Shown here: one piece after another, positions 31,579 through 32,588 of the stretch
Layout of the letters: the number at the start of each line of letters is the position of its first letter
Position numbering within the stretch: the first letter of the stretch is position 1
From: Collodictyon triciliatum
Lineage: Eukaryota
Reading direction: 5' to 3'
Assembly (NCBI GenBank): GCA_043381765.1
Contig: JBHJMP010000176.1
Location: 1 to 32,588 of the forward strand
Length of the DNA stretch: 32,588 bases
Made by a program: the position numbers and the translations under genes
The notes under the pieces: generated by a model
What the model was told of the DNA's origin: nothing
Seen by the model: the letters and a program-made list of their open reading frames with translations, nothing else
The model's database searches: none

Positions 31579-32381
31579 CCTTCCTTTGCAAGTTTCAAGT
31601 AAAGTCGGCTGATTCCGTTCGGATTCAAGGGTTACCTGCGCACACACATAAAGAGATATGACTCGGTTATTTTTTTTTTATTATTTTTATTATCATTACT
31701 AGTATTTATCTTATTTTATTTTATTTTATTTTTTTGTCATTTAAGCCATTCATTATTCACGGCGAACGCGGCACAGAGGAAGGTGGAGCGAAAGCGCGAT
31801 GGGACAAACACGCGCAGAGGACATGAAAAAGTTGTCAGTGACGCAATGACACAGCGTAAGAGAACTCGTATGTTTCTTATCCGCAGTAGAGTTTCTCTTT
31901 TTGAGTTGCTGAATGAATCCGCAACACAAGCCAAAGGCTTTTCTTCCCGCAGAAACACCACAACGACACAGGTGTTTGCTCTGTTTCCTCCGTGACTTTG
32001 TTTGTGGGTTGTGCGATGGGCTCTTTCTCCTTTATGAAAGCGTGGGTTCTTGATCGAACGTTCGATGGGAGGACGAGGCTCTCGCCCGGCGCTTGAAAGG
32101 GCTCAAGTGGGATGTGGGACAGCAGGGCGAAGAAGGGCGGATCGAGATCGAAGCTTCTGACTCGAGCTTTGTTGATGATTTCGTTACGTCTCAAGTGTCC
32201 TTGTCTTGTTGCCTTCTTGGAAGCAGTATAACAATATAGAAACAAGCGTGAGTTGTTTTTTTTGTTTTGTTTTTTGTGTGGTGATGGTGAGAGAGGCGAC
32301 TCAGAGAGGGATGCTCGTGGGATGATTGTCTTGAAAGTGCCAAGTTGTAGACTTGACTCGACAAGCCTGAAACCAACCGAC

Positions 32382-32588
32382 TCTTTTACCTTTTACCTTT
32401 TTTCTTGTTTCTTGTTTCTTGTTTCTTGTTTCTTGTTTCTTGTTTCTTGTTTCTTGTTTCTTGTTTCTTGTTTCTTTTTTCTTTTTTTCTTTCTCTTTTT
32501 CTTTCTCTTTTTCTTTCTCTTTTTCTTTCTCTTTTTCTTTCTCTTTTTCTTTCTCTTTTTCTTTCTCTTTTTCTTTCTCTTTTTCTTT
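32382..32588. repeat. (CTTGTTT)n followed by (CTTTCTCTTTTT)n tandem arrays, running off the window end
   Basis: Directly visible. Confidence 0.95.

Noticed and set aside
31636..31961. Arg-rich upstream frame that could splice (31760-31636) onto the ABCB gene as a mitochondrial presequence
   Set aside because: There is no in-frame ATG before the upstream stop, so it may be 5' UTR; it cannot be supported without transcripts.

Overview
This is intron-rich eukaryotic nuclear DNA, probably from a protist (lineage not determinable here). It uses the standard genetic code and contains two 100-N assembly gaps and many microsatellites. Manual splicing gives, in order: (1) the 3' part of a ubiquitin-like-domain gene (+); (2) a ~29-exon gene for a membrane-anchored protein with two tandem TKL/Raf-like kinase domains (-); (3) a disrupted ABCG half-transporter (-, two in-frame TAA codons plus a frameshift); (4) a 7-exon, 267-aa TM/coiled-coil orphan (-); (5) a CAF16-like soluble ABC ATPase (+) whose second exon is a sharply GC-rich island with a symmetric purine-to-pyrimidine skew switch; (6) a small S/TP-rich, PIP-box-bearing candidate gene that needs a 19-nt intron, a +1 frameshift or another fix to be continuous; (7) a 674-aa multipass membrane protein made of two homologous halves (+); (8) an 18-exon PAXBP1/GCFC-family splicing factor (+); (9) a ~22-exon ABCB (TAP/ABCB10-like) half-transporter (-). 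No rRNA, tRNA, CRISPR array or recognisable transposase was seen. All gene models are hand-spliced with no transcript or database support.
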